From a virus: a stretch of 64,000 nucleotides of DNA. Location: the IMG/VR virus record IMGVR_UViG_3300020204_000006; one strand, 5' to 3'. The notes beneath the pieces are model-generated. The model made no database searches. It saw only the letters and a list, made by a program, of their open reading frames with translations, and was not told where the DNA came from. Made by a program: the position numbers and the translations under genes. This document shows positions 1-9,800 of the stretch, piece after piece (position 1 is the first letter of the stretch; each line of letters begins with the position of its first letter).

Positions 1-13
1 TGGCAATATTGTC

Positions 14-3000
14 ATGTGCAAGGGCAAATCACAGTCTATTATCATCGGACTATGCAATGGTATTGAAAATTTTCAAGGAATTAAAGGCGTTAAGTCTAAC
101 GAAATTTGCGTAAATTTTGGTTCTGATGTAAAAGTTAAAGAATTTTTTGGTAATGCTTTTAAAGTTCCCAATAGGGCTGATCCTTTTATTTTGTATGGAA
201 AATCATCATATGGAGACGCTTCTTCAAAATTTGATTTTTATAGAGAGTCGTATCTTGAATGTAAAAATTACAATATATTCAATCAAGAATATATGTATAA
301 TTTTTTAAGCGATTTTGATTATTGGAAAATTAATTCTATATCTGAAATATGGGATAGAGCTTTTGATATTCCAAATGTACATATGGAAACAGATGTAATG
401 GAATACTCAACTGGTTCTAGATCTCCGGTTACTCAAAGGTCTTCTAGTGTAGATACTGCATCTGATGAAAATTATGCTTCTATTTCTCATGGGTATTCTA
501 ATGTTATATTTTATACTACTAGAGATGGAACCGTAAAATACATAGCTGGTTATAATGCTAATCCAGCTTTGCCAGAATCTGAAAGAAATGTTATAGGTGC
601 TGGAATAAGAAATATTACTCCATTTTCAAGCCCATACGGAAGCTTTCTTGCAGGTCAAGGTGGTGTTGATTTAACTCCTCCATCTGACTTGCCTAAATGC
701 AAACAGGTTGTCACTGGTTATAGAAACGCTCATGCTCTTACCGTAAATGATTCCATAGTTAGCTGGGACGGCACTCCCCACCAGCAGTGGAAAAAAACTT
801 CTGAAGTTTTTATGCAGCAGCTTAGGTACTATCAGCAGCCAGGTAGAAGGCTTGAGGGAGTAAAGATAAAAAAAATATCTCCAGGTGCAGGCTTTGTCGC
901 TGTTTTACTTACTAATGGTGAGGTAATAACCTACGGAGCTAACGAGAGTGCCCAAATGAGTGATGTTGATACTGTTCTTACTCCCATCGGTATTATTCCT
1001 CTCCCTGTTAGGGGAGACAATTTTTATATTAAAAGATGGAAAGCATATAAAACATGGAAGTATGGAGAGAATTTATCAACCTATCTAGATCCTCTTTCTT
1101 CTCCAAATTCTTGTGTAACTCAACAGGAAATAGACGAGGAAGCTAATGATGATTTTCCCGATACTGATTCTGGTACAAATTCTAATTGGAGACTTTATAG
1201 ATCCGCTGCTCTTGGATGTGAGCAGCACGAAGGATCTGGTGCAATAGCAGATTCTCCTTATATAAACGGTTCCAATATTTATCCTCCGCCTCCTGTTAGT
1301 TGGTCTGGTTTTCTTGACTGGTCTAAATTTACTGGTGCTCCAAATGATTATCAGTTCTCTAGGTCTACGACTGGAGACGTATCTAGTGTTAATTTTAGTT
1401 TTGGTGCTTCTTGGACTAGGAATTCAGATAGAATACCAATGACTGTTGTGTACCCATGCACTACAGACCCTGACGGAGAATGTAGCTATATTTCAAATGG
1501 ATATCAAAGACCCCAGGGTCATCCACTAGAAAGCGATAGACCCCCCAATTCTTTATTCGGTTTTTCTGGCAATAGATATAGAGATGTTGCCTGCAGCAGG
1601 ACTAGCATTATCCTTATGACTGAAAATGGTAATCTTGAATCATGGGGTATGAATTTTTACTATAATGTAACTGGCAGTGGTCGTCAGTTTGGGGCCTTTA
1701 GGAGGATGGGTAGCGGCATCCCAGGAGGAAACTCAAATGATGCAGGCTGGTCTACTCCAGGCCATCCTAGGCCTTTCCCTGATGCCCCTTGGGGCGACAA
1801 TAGCGCGGTTGAAGTCAAACGTCTCAAAACAACACCTGAATCATTGTTGGGGATAGGTACTGGGTATTATATAAGTATTGTTATAAGGAGAGATGGATCT
1901 ATATTTGCATGGGATAGAAATGAATGGGGAGAGTCTCTTCCTCGTAGTAATTCTGATGGTACTCCCGGTCTTCCAAGTGGAATATTTAAGCAAGTTGATG
2001 GTGGATATCATCATTCTATTGCTCTACGTGAAGACGGAACTGTAGTTTGTTGGGGAGAAAACAACGATGGAGAATGCGATGTCCCATCTATTCTAAAAAA
2101 TCCTATTACTTCAAAATGTGTTTGGGTTTGCGCTTTATCAAGAATGTCTTTTGCCTTAAGAGACAATGGAGATTTAATAGGTTGGGGAAATACTGATGAG
2201 GCTGCTATGGGATTCAAGGGCTTTACGTCTGGTTCTGTTTTTAATCCAGGAGAACCAATATTACTTACGTTTGCAGATTCTTCTTCAAGTTCTTCCTCTT
2301 CCTCTTCTTCCTCTTCTGTTTCTAGTAGTAGCAGTAGTAGTTCTGATTTGGCAGAAGGTTATATTGTTACTTCTAGTTTGCCCGGAAGAGATGCAACATT
2401 AGCTGAATTAAACATTATAATACCTAGTTTGGTGCAAAACAACATAAAATACAGTCATACTTTGTATGGCAGCGATGTCGATTCTTCATCTTGGCTTGGT
2501 AGTGACCCGCTGTGCTGCGACGTTAATCTTACTATTTTTGGTCAAAAGGTTCAAGAGCACATAAGTTCTTGGAGTTCTATAAATACTGAATATAATTTTT
2601 ATTATGGAAATCCTGAATATGTAGTTTTGAACATGCTCCACACACTTGGAGTGCCAGTTGAGCTTCAAGAAATTTTACCAATAGAGGAAGATATAACTAG
2701 CGGTAGAGGTTTAAGAGCATTTAATATGCTTACTGGATTGCTTGATACTACAAAATCTGTTTTGCCTCAATCGAGTGTTTCTCAGTATTCCTATCCTTTT
2801 CTCCCTTATTTTTTCTTGCCACGTCCTGACGGTGGTGACGCGTGCACTTGGTCTTCAAGATGGGCTGGTCTTTCACTGGAAGATTATGAAAATGAAAAAG
2901 ATAGATTGTTAAACCTACTAAAAAACAAAGTTGCTTCTTTTGCTCCTCATACTGATATAATAACGACAGCTCATTATGCAACCTATAGCGAAAGGAGAGC

Positions 3001-6000
3001 TGTTTTCTTTCCTGGAATAGAGGCCTCTACTTTTGAATGGGTTCTTAATAATTGCAGATCTATAATTGAAGCATCGCAGGGGAAGCCTGTTAATGTGTAC
3101 GTAAGTCCTGTGATATTTCCAGGAAGTGAGTATACTTTGGAATCTGTTAGACAGAGTAATTTCACTCTTCCTTTGTCTCAATTAAAATCTAATATTGAGG
3201 CATTGCCAAAGCTTGTTGTTTCTACTCCATACATGGAAAGAGTTATATTTAAACCAATGAGGCAGGCCGGAGTAAAAAGAATGCATATGTGGATGGAATG
3301 GAGATACACTCATAATATTGCAAGGCTTTTGCCATCTGGATCTTCTACTTTCGGCATAACGGATGCTGATATATATCTTTCAAGAAAAATGATTAATGAT
3401 TTGTTTATTGATCAGAATTTTAGGTCTCCTATAGACCTTAGTGATGACTCTTTGTGGAACTCTCCCTCTACCAGAGAAGAAGTTATACGTTCAGCTTTGT
3501 CTAAAGATATAGAGATGGCCAATTCATTTAGGTCTGATGGTGTTGATGGAAATGAAAATGCAGTTTGGGCTTATTGTTGGAATGCACCTGATTCTACTGA
3601 TGTAAATAAATTCGAAAGAGTTAAGCCAATGATTTGGGTTTCAGGTGGTCAGAGATATGACATAGATCCAAGACCTACTATCGGAGAACTTTCAGTCGTT
3701 GTTTCTAGATTGAATCAGTTGCCTCCTGGAAAAAGAACGTTGGGGCTAATGAGGTACAATTCATCTGCTATTTGGAATAATCCTTCCGATTTCTTGCTTG
3801 GGCAATTTAAGAGCCCTTGGCCAGATAATGAGCTTGAAAATATGAAAAATGATTGGCAATCTATACTTGGCGATCTAAAGTCGTTGAACGCTCCTATAGA
3901 TTTTGTTTCTATTGACAATGAAGGAAAGTTTTCTGCTGGTCCAGCATGGTATGACCCCGCCAATTCTACAAATCTTTCTTGGATTGAGGCCATAAAGAAT
4001 GATTTAAGGTATAATCAATCGTGGAAAGGCTTTTCCAGCCTATCTAGTAAAATATCTCCTTTCAATATAGACCAAATATTTACTTTTGGATCAACTGATG
4101 ATTATATTGGTTATTGGAGGGGTCTTGGTCATCTTGGAGCTGCAGCATTAAATTATGCCATATGGGATCCACTAACTGCCATTTATCCTAATGTTGGTGG
4201 CAGTAATTATCAGGGAAATTTTGTTTTATATGGTGATAGTTTTCCTGATACGAATGGTCATGAGTTTGCTTATGATAACATATTTGGAACTTCTTCAAGC
4301 CCCGCATTATATGGTTCTTGGAAAAATACTCCTCCTCCATCCGGTCCTGGATCAAGAGTAATTAGTCCATCTGATCCAACTCATATTATTAGGTGGAACG
4401 GATCTGATCCTCAAACTCCGTCTTCTCCTTGGTTCGCGTTTTTGATAGATATTCAGGCCGTCAGGGCTTGCAAAAGAAGCAATGAACAGTTGCAGGATGA
4501 ACCGGATATAGAACCTTGGATAGCCTCTGTCTCATGGTCCGGTGATACCGCTTATAATTATGAATACAAAAACAACAAGTCTTACTATTATGAAATGATT
4601 AGACATGCAGTTTTAAATGGGGCTCAAAGATTTGCCGTATGGAATCCTTTTGAATCTTCATCCACAAATAGCGGATTTTTAGATGACGTTTTAAGGGACA
4701 TAAATATTAAAATACTTTCAGCCACAAAGAATGTCACGATTACTGACAGAATAAGCTATCTTTCTAAATATTTGATATCTGGAGTAAGAAGACAAGATGG
4801 AGATTATATATGGAGAATAACTCCAAAGCCAGGGGTTAATTTGACAATATCCGGAGGGACTGAGCTTTTTGATACTTCTTCTAACGGCGGTTTTGCAAAT
4901 GTCGGCAGATGGTTTTTGACATCTAGCTCATCTCCTCCTTCGGTTTTTGTAGATTCTAGTAGTTCTAGCTCATCTAGCAGCAGCAGCGGTTCCAGCAGTA
5001 GCAGTAACTCCAGCAGTAGCAGTCAGTCCAGCAGTAGCAGCGGTTCCAGCAGTAGTAGCGGTTCCAGCAGTAGTAGCGGTTCCAGCAGTAGTAGCGGTTC
5101 CAGCAGTAGTAGCGGTTCCAGCAGTAGTAGCGGTTCCAGCAGTAGTAGCGGTTCCAGCAGTAGTAGCGGTTCCAGCAGTAGTGGCAGTTCCAGCAGTAGT
5201 AGCAGCAGTCGTTCTAGTAGTTCTAGCTCATCTAGTAGCAGCAGTCGTTCCAGTAGTAGCAGTAATTCAAGCAGTAGTAGCAATTCCAGCAGCAGTAGCT
5301 TGTTGAGTAGTTCAAGTTCGACAAGCAGTAGTTCAAGTAGTTCATTGTATATGGAATATGACCCGTATTCCGGACCTCAGCCAAGAATCACGGTGGTGCA
5401 AATTGAATCTAGTGAGCCCTCTTTTGTAAACGAAGAATTTGGAATAAATTATTTTAAGGGTGTTTTTGGTGGAGCTGTTTATGATTCTGTTGAAATTAAT
5501 TTTAGAGATATTGTAAAAGTAATGGCAAAAGCAGATTCTATAAACGGTATTATTAAATTTATTGGAAATACTAAATTTGCCAAATACGACAAATTAACTA
5601 TTTCTCTTTCTAGTGTTTCTCATAATAATTCAGGAGATGTTGATCATATAACTATAGAAGATTCTTTTGAGGGGGTAAATGCGGGATTACCATCTTTATT
5701 GAGTAGGGTTGTTCATTCTAATATAAATTTATCTTCAGCTTTCATAGTATCATCTGAATTTGGTAGTGACTTTGAGGGCTTCCAGTCTTTCATAGTTTCA
5801 AATAATGATCCCAATAAAATAAGTTATGATACCTCTGATTTCAATAAAAAACAACTATTTTCTTCATCTGAATTTAGTGTAAATGAAAACTTTATTAACT
5901 CTATGTTGTTTGATGAAGAGCAAAATTCTGTTCTTCTTGGTGGTAAATTTGGCGTTTACAAATTCTCCTTGGACTCTAAGTATTTGGTGTATGATGTTAG

Positions 6001-6844
6001 GTTTATGGGTTCTGTAGACTGCATAAATATATTGCAAACTTCAGTTGAAATAATTGCTGTTTGTTCTGGTGGAATATATGTTTACAGTAAATATAGCAAC
6101 TCAAGTTATGTAATAAGTCTTATGGGTTTTCCGTTTAAGATTTTTGGTGGATTTATAACATCTAAAAATGATCTTGCTGTATTGACTTCTGGTGGAATAT
6201 TTATAAAAAATAAAGATGCCAATCAGATAATTCCTGTCCTACAGGATATAGTTTCTAGTTCAAGTTCTTCTGGTCAGAGTTCTAGCTCTTCTAACTCCTC
6301 AAGTTCTAGTTCTTATAGTAATTTTGTTTCTTTTTACAAAGGCATAGGATATCAAATTAATATGGCTTTTACTGATAAGAATTTGTATTACTCTGGACAA
6401 ATATCTCAATGGGCAAAATCGGAAGGTGTTCTTCCTTCAACTTCAATATCTGACGTTGTAATTTTTGGAAATAATTTATATATATGCACATCTTCTGGTT
6501 TGTATGTTAATAAGCTTTCTGAGATATTTACTCTGAATTTTAAAAAGGTTATTTTAGATGTTAATAACCAAAATTTAAGTATTAATGCATTAGGTGCTTC
6601 TTATTCATTTAATGATGAAGGTGCAAGGGTGGATCAATTAATGCTTGCTGGAGACGAAAAAGGGAAAATATACTCAATTGTTATAAATAATGATGAGCAG
6701 GTAACAAGTACTGTTCAAACAGAGTTTTCAGTTATTCATAAGGTATTAAGAGTGGAAGATGACTGGATTTTATCATCGTATAATCAATTTAAACTACTTA
6801 GTAACGATAAGATATATACCTTGTCTCTTGGGGTAGATGTTTAA
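14..6844 (+). CDS. Giant modular protein 1, probably 5'-truncated by the window: RCC1-like propeller, two TIM-barrel glycoside-hydrolase-like domains, 130-aa Ser-rich linker, C-terminal beta-propeller
   Basis: 2276-aa ORF. The frame is also open from position 2 (G-N-I-V) to the ATG, so the true start is probably upstream. RCC1 repeats such as FKQVDGGYHHSIALREDGTVVCWGENNDGECDVP; IDFVSIDNE motif; C-terminal blades such as ISDVVIFGNNLYICTSSGLYV. Confidence 0.85.
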   Translation: MCKGKSQSIIIGLCNGIENFQGIKGVKSNEICVNFGSDVKVKEFFGNAFKVPNRADPFILYGKSSYGDASSKFDFYRESYLECKNYNIFNQEYMYNFLSDFDYWKINSISEIWDRAFDIPNVHMETDVMEYSTGSRSPVTQRSSSVDTASDENYASISHGYSNVIFYTTRDGTVKYIAGYNANPALPESERNVIGAGIRNITPFSSPYGSFLAGQGGVDLTPPSDLPKCKQVVTGYRNAHALTVNDSIVSWDGTPHQQWKKTSEVFMQQLRYYQQPGRRLEGVKIKKISPGAGFVAVLLTNGEVITYGANESAQMSDVDTVLTPIGIIPLPVRGDNFYIKRWKAYKTWKYGENLSTYLDPLSSPNSCVTQQEIDEEANDDFPDTDSGTNSNWRLYRSAALGCEQHEGSGAIADSPYINGSNIYPPPPVSWSGFLDWSKFTGAPNDYQFSRSTTGDVSSVNFSFGASWTRNSDRIPMTVVYPCTTDPDGECSYISNGYQRPQGHPLESDRPPNSLFGFSGNRYRDVACSRTSIILMTENGNLESWGMNFYYNVTGSGRQFGAFRRMGSGIPGGNSNDAGWSTPGHPRPFPDAPWGDNSAVEVKRLKTTPESLLGIGTGYYISIVIRRDGSIFAWDRNEWGESLPRSNSDGTPGLPSGIFKQVDGGYHHSIALREDGTVVCWGENNDGECDVPSILKNPITSKCVWVCALSRMSFALRDNGDLIGWGNTDEAAMGFKGFTSGSVFNPGEPILLTFADSSSSSSSSSSSSSVSSSSSSSSDLAEGYIVTSSLPGRDATLAELNIIIPSLVQNNIKYSHTLYGSDVDSSSWLGSDPLCCDVNLTIFGQKVQEHISSWSSINTEYNFYYGNPEYVVLNMLHTLGVPVELQEILPIEEDITSGRGLRAFNMLTGLLDTTKSVLPQSSVSQYSYPFLPYFFLPRPDGGDACTWSSRWAGLSLEDYENEKDRLLNLLKNKVASFAPHTDIITTAHYATYSERRAVFFPGIEASTFEWVLNNCRSIIEASQGKPVNVYVSPVIFPGSEYTLESVRQSNFTLPLSQLKSNIEALPKLVVSTPYMERVIFKPMRQAGVKRMHMWMEWRYTHNIARLLPSGSSTFGITDADIYLSRKMINDLFIDQNFRSPIDLSDDSLWNSPSTREEVIRSALSKDIEMANSFRSDGVDGNENAVWAYCWNAPDSTDVNKFERVKPMIWVSGGQRYDIDPRPTIGELSVVVSRLNQLPPGKRTLGLMRYNSSAIWNNPSDFLLGQFKSPWPDNELENMKNDWQSILGDLKSLNAPIDFVSIDNEGKFSAGPAWYDPANSTNLSWIEAIKNDLRYNQSWKGFSSLSSKISPFNIDQIFTFGSTDDYIGYWRGLGHLGAAALNYAIWDPLTAIYPNVGGSNYQGNFVLYGDSFPDTNGHEFAYDNIFGTSSSPALYGSWKNTPPPSGPGSRVISPSDPTHIIRWNGSDPQTPSSPWFAFLIDIQAVRACKRSNEQLQDEPDIEPWIASVSWSGDTAYNYEYKNNKSYYYEMIRHAVLNGAQRFAVWNPFESSSTNSGFLDDVLRDINIKILSATKNVTITDRISYLSKYLISGVRRQDGDYIWRITPKPGVNLTISGGTELFDTSSNGGFANVGRWFLTSSSSPPSVFVDSSSSSSSSSSSGSSSSSNSSSSSQSSSSSGSSSSSGSSSSSGSSSSSGSSSSSGSSSSSGSSSSSGSSSSSGSSSSGSSSSSSSSRSSSSSSSSSSSRSSSSSNSSSSSNSSSSSLLSSSSSTSSSSSSSLYMEYDPYSGPQPRITVVQIESSEPSFVNEEFGINYFKGVFGGAVYDSVEINFRDIVKVMAKADSINGIIKFIGNTKFAKYDKLTISLSSVSHNNSGDVDHITIEDSFEGVNAGLPSLLSRVVHSNINLSSAFIVSSEFGSDFEGFQSFIVSNNDPNKISYDTSDFNKKQLFSSSEFSVNENFINSMLFDEEQNSVLLGGKFGVYKFSLDSKYLVYDVRFMGSVDCINILQTSVEIIAVCSGGIYVYSKYSNSSYVISLMGFPFKIFGGFITSKNDLAVLTSGGIFIKNKDANQIIPVLQDIVSSSSSSGQSSSSSNSSSSSSYSNFVSFYKGIGYQINMAFTDKNLYYSGQISQWAKSEGVLPSTSISDVVIFGNNLYICTSSGLYVNKLSEIFTLNFKKVILDVNNQNLSINALGASYSFNDEGARVDQLMLAGDEKGKIYSIVINNDEQVTSTVQTEFSVIHKVLRVEDDWILSSYNQFKLLSNDKIYTLSLGVDV
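4955..5344 (+). repeat. Ser-rich 18-bp tandem repeat array (X-SSSSS), including 7 perfect copies of GGTTCCAGCAGTAGTAGC at 5042-5167
   Basis: Read directly from the sequence; encodes 130 aa that are mostly Ser. Confidence 0.97.
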
Positions 6845-9800
6845 TGGCACTTACAATAAATAATAATCCCTCAAAGTACGATCTGTGGACATATGAAGGT
6901 TCTGGAAGAATTCCCATAGGTCCAAATTACAATAATATTTTTATATTAAATGGTATTCAAAATATATTTTGTGTATCTGCTAATTCAAGGTCAACTGCAT
7001 CTGTTCCCAATGGTCCTCCTGCATCTTTTAATTGCAACGGGTCTTTAGTTAATTCTTCTGGTTCAATAAACGGTCCTTTTGTAATTGCTATATCTCCTCA
7101 TTGCGCTGTAGGTTCTTTAAAGAATTTCATAAGTGCTGGTCAGCCAATAAAGTTCTGGTACAAGCACGCAAATGGCGGATCTGGTGGTTTTATTACTAGG
7201 ACAGCTTCCAACATAAGATTTTCTTCTAGTCCATCAAGGCCATATGAATGGGTTGCTGGCGGCTACTATGAAGGCACATCAAGTTTGTATTCTGGTTCTT
7301 TTAGTGATGTTTTGGTTTACTTTTTTGATGAGCCATTGCCAGTTGATGCTGATTTTGCGGTGTTGCCCATATTTAATGACTATAAAATGTGGAGAAAAAA
7401 CTCTGGAGTCTTCCCATACAATCCTGGTGTTATAGTTGATCATGATTCAAGAATGGTTCCTGGATCTGTTTTTATGAATTTCACTGAGATTTATGATTCT
7501 GATCAAATCGGTGGCGTTACTCCTGGTGCATCAGATGTAAGAATAACTGGAATAGACGGGTACTTTCTTTCAGATTTAAATTCAATATCAGATAAAAAGT
7601 ATAAAGAAAATTACTTAAAATATTTAGATGAAGACGCTTCTTATTATGACAACATATTTAGAATTATAAAAGGTGGTGCTACGGATTCAACTTCTCCAAT
7701 ATTTGAAGTTGATTTTGAAAGCAACTGTTTAGTCCTTTATTCCTTGTCTACTATTTTAACTAATAATAGAAATCCGAGTTGGATTAAATCTCAAAATAAT
7801 TACGATTGTCTTTGTGGTATTAGGAAGGGTAATCTGGTATCAGTAAATATGTTTGGTTTGGATTATTTTGACAGATCAGAAAATCCATACATAAGACTTG
7901 GAAAAAACTTTTTCAATACTTCAAGACTTGAGGGTGATCCTTTTATTCCAGGAGAGCCTAATGTAATACCTTCAGATCTTTATAAAATACCCGTAAAAAG
8001 CATAGACTCTGAATATATAAATAAATTTTATTTGGGCTTTGATGTTTTAGATTATAATCAAGAGTCTAGATTTTCAAAAGCTTACTCTCTTGGATACTCT
8101 CATTATTTCTATCTTGATAATTACTTTGATTCTTCTGATCCTTTTGATGGACCATTCATACCTAATGGCCCTGGCGTGCCATTCCAATTAAGGAACAGTT
8201 TTAATGTTTCTGGTACAATAAATTATTTTTCTCAAAAGTATCCAAGCACTTGGGACCAAAATTCTAGCAAAAATTTAGTTATTGGGATATATGGATATTC
8301 AGGATCTGGATCTTATGGTTCTTTTACTGTTGTCTCTGATTTCAAAAATGCAATAAATCAAGATAGTTTTAGTGGATTTGATTTAGTAATAGGATCGGCA
8401 TCTTTTAAAGAAGCAAAAAGTAAAATAATAAAGTATATTTCTGACATTAAAGCTGCGTTGCCAAATATGAAAATAGGCTGGTGTGACTTGGTAGGTTATT
8501 CAAATTGGTACCCACCTTATGTCTATGGAGATTTACCAGAAAGTGAAAAATCTTGGTTAAGTGTAAATGATTCACAAAAAAGTCTTATATTTAATTGTTG
8601 GGATAAAATATGGGAAGGTGTGATAGAAAAGTTAGATTTTATATCTTTTTCTTTTAATGATAATGTAAATAGAAATAGTAACGCTGGTTCAGATCCAGCT
8701 TTATGGCATGAGGTAAATAGAAAGAGAGCAGAAATAGCAATAGAGTATGTAAAAAGATATTGTTATAGAAAAAACATACGTTGTCCCAAAATTTTACCGT
8801 GTATATCTTCATGTACTGGAGAAAACATATTTGAGAATTGCGGTACATCTAATCTTTTTAGTCACGCAAACAGGCCTATTTCTGATGTTGAATTTATAGA
8901 GAGAGTTGTTTCCCCTTGTGTTGATTACGGAGTGGATGGTTTTATTTTAAAGAATAATTCTATATTTGAAGAATATTACGATGGATGGATAAATCCAAAT
9001 ATTAATATTAATTCAAGAAGAAAATTGTCATATAATTACATATGCAATTCTGCTTCTTCTATTGATTTATCAGATTGTTCTTATTATAATATAATAAATA
9101 ATTATTCCCTCTGTAGTGCATCTCAAAATGCACAAAATGTTATAAACTCAATATTTTCATATGTTGAAAACAAGATGTCTGTTCTTTCTAGGTATCTTGT
9201 TGATTTTGAGGCATTTGGTTCTGGCTCCTCATCTCTTAAAAATTTTAGTTTAATAACTGAAATTGGCATGAACCCCTGGGACACTAGTGCAGAACAGTTA
9301 GAAAAGTATTCATTGCTTAATTATGATCTTTTTAATTCTACCCCTAGTGTTGATTCTCATATGAATTACACTTCAAGCGTTCTAGCTGATAGTTTTATTG
9401 AAAATCCTATTTATTCAAATGGTGTTGATTGGGATCCTGACAATACAAATATATCTATATATTCTTATGATTCTACTTATTCTGCCGGTAATTTAGTTAA
9501 ATTTTTTGATACAAAAACTTATAGATGGTGTGTTTTCCAGGCAACACAGAGCGTTTCTGTTGGTGATTATCCTGGAAGAAGTAATTATTTTTCAACAGAC
9601 GGATCTGGCAATCGAGAATATTATAGATCAAATATAAATATAAGATGGAAATGTGCAGATATAAATTTCTTATACTCTCACTATTCTTTGGTGCCAAGCA
9701 TAAATAAGTACTATGAAAATAACAAATTAAGTCTTGTTAAAGGTCGCAGTAAATATAAGGCTTATGATCTAGAGGTTCCGTGGACATTTTTACCTGTCCA

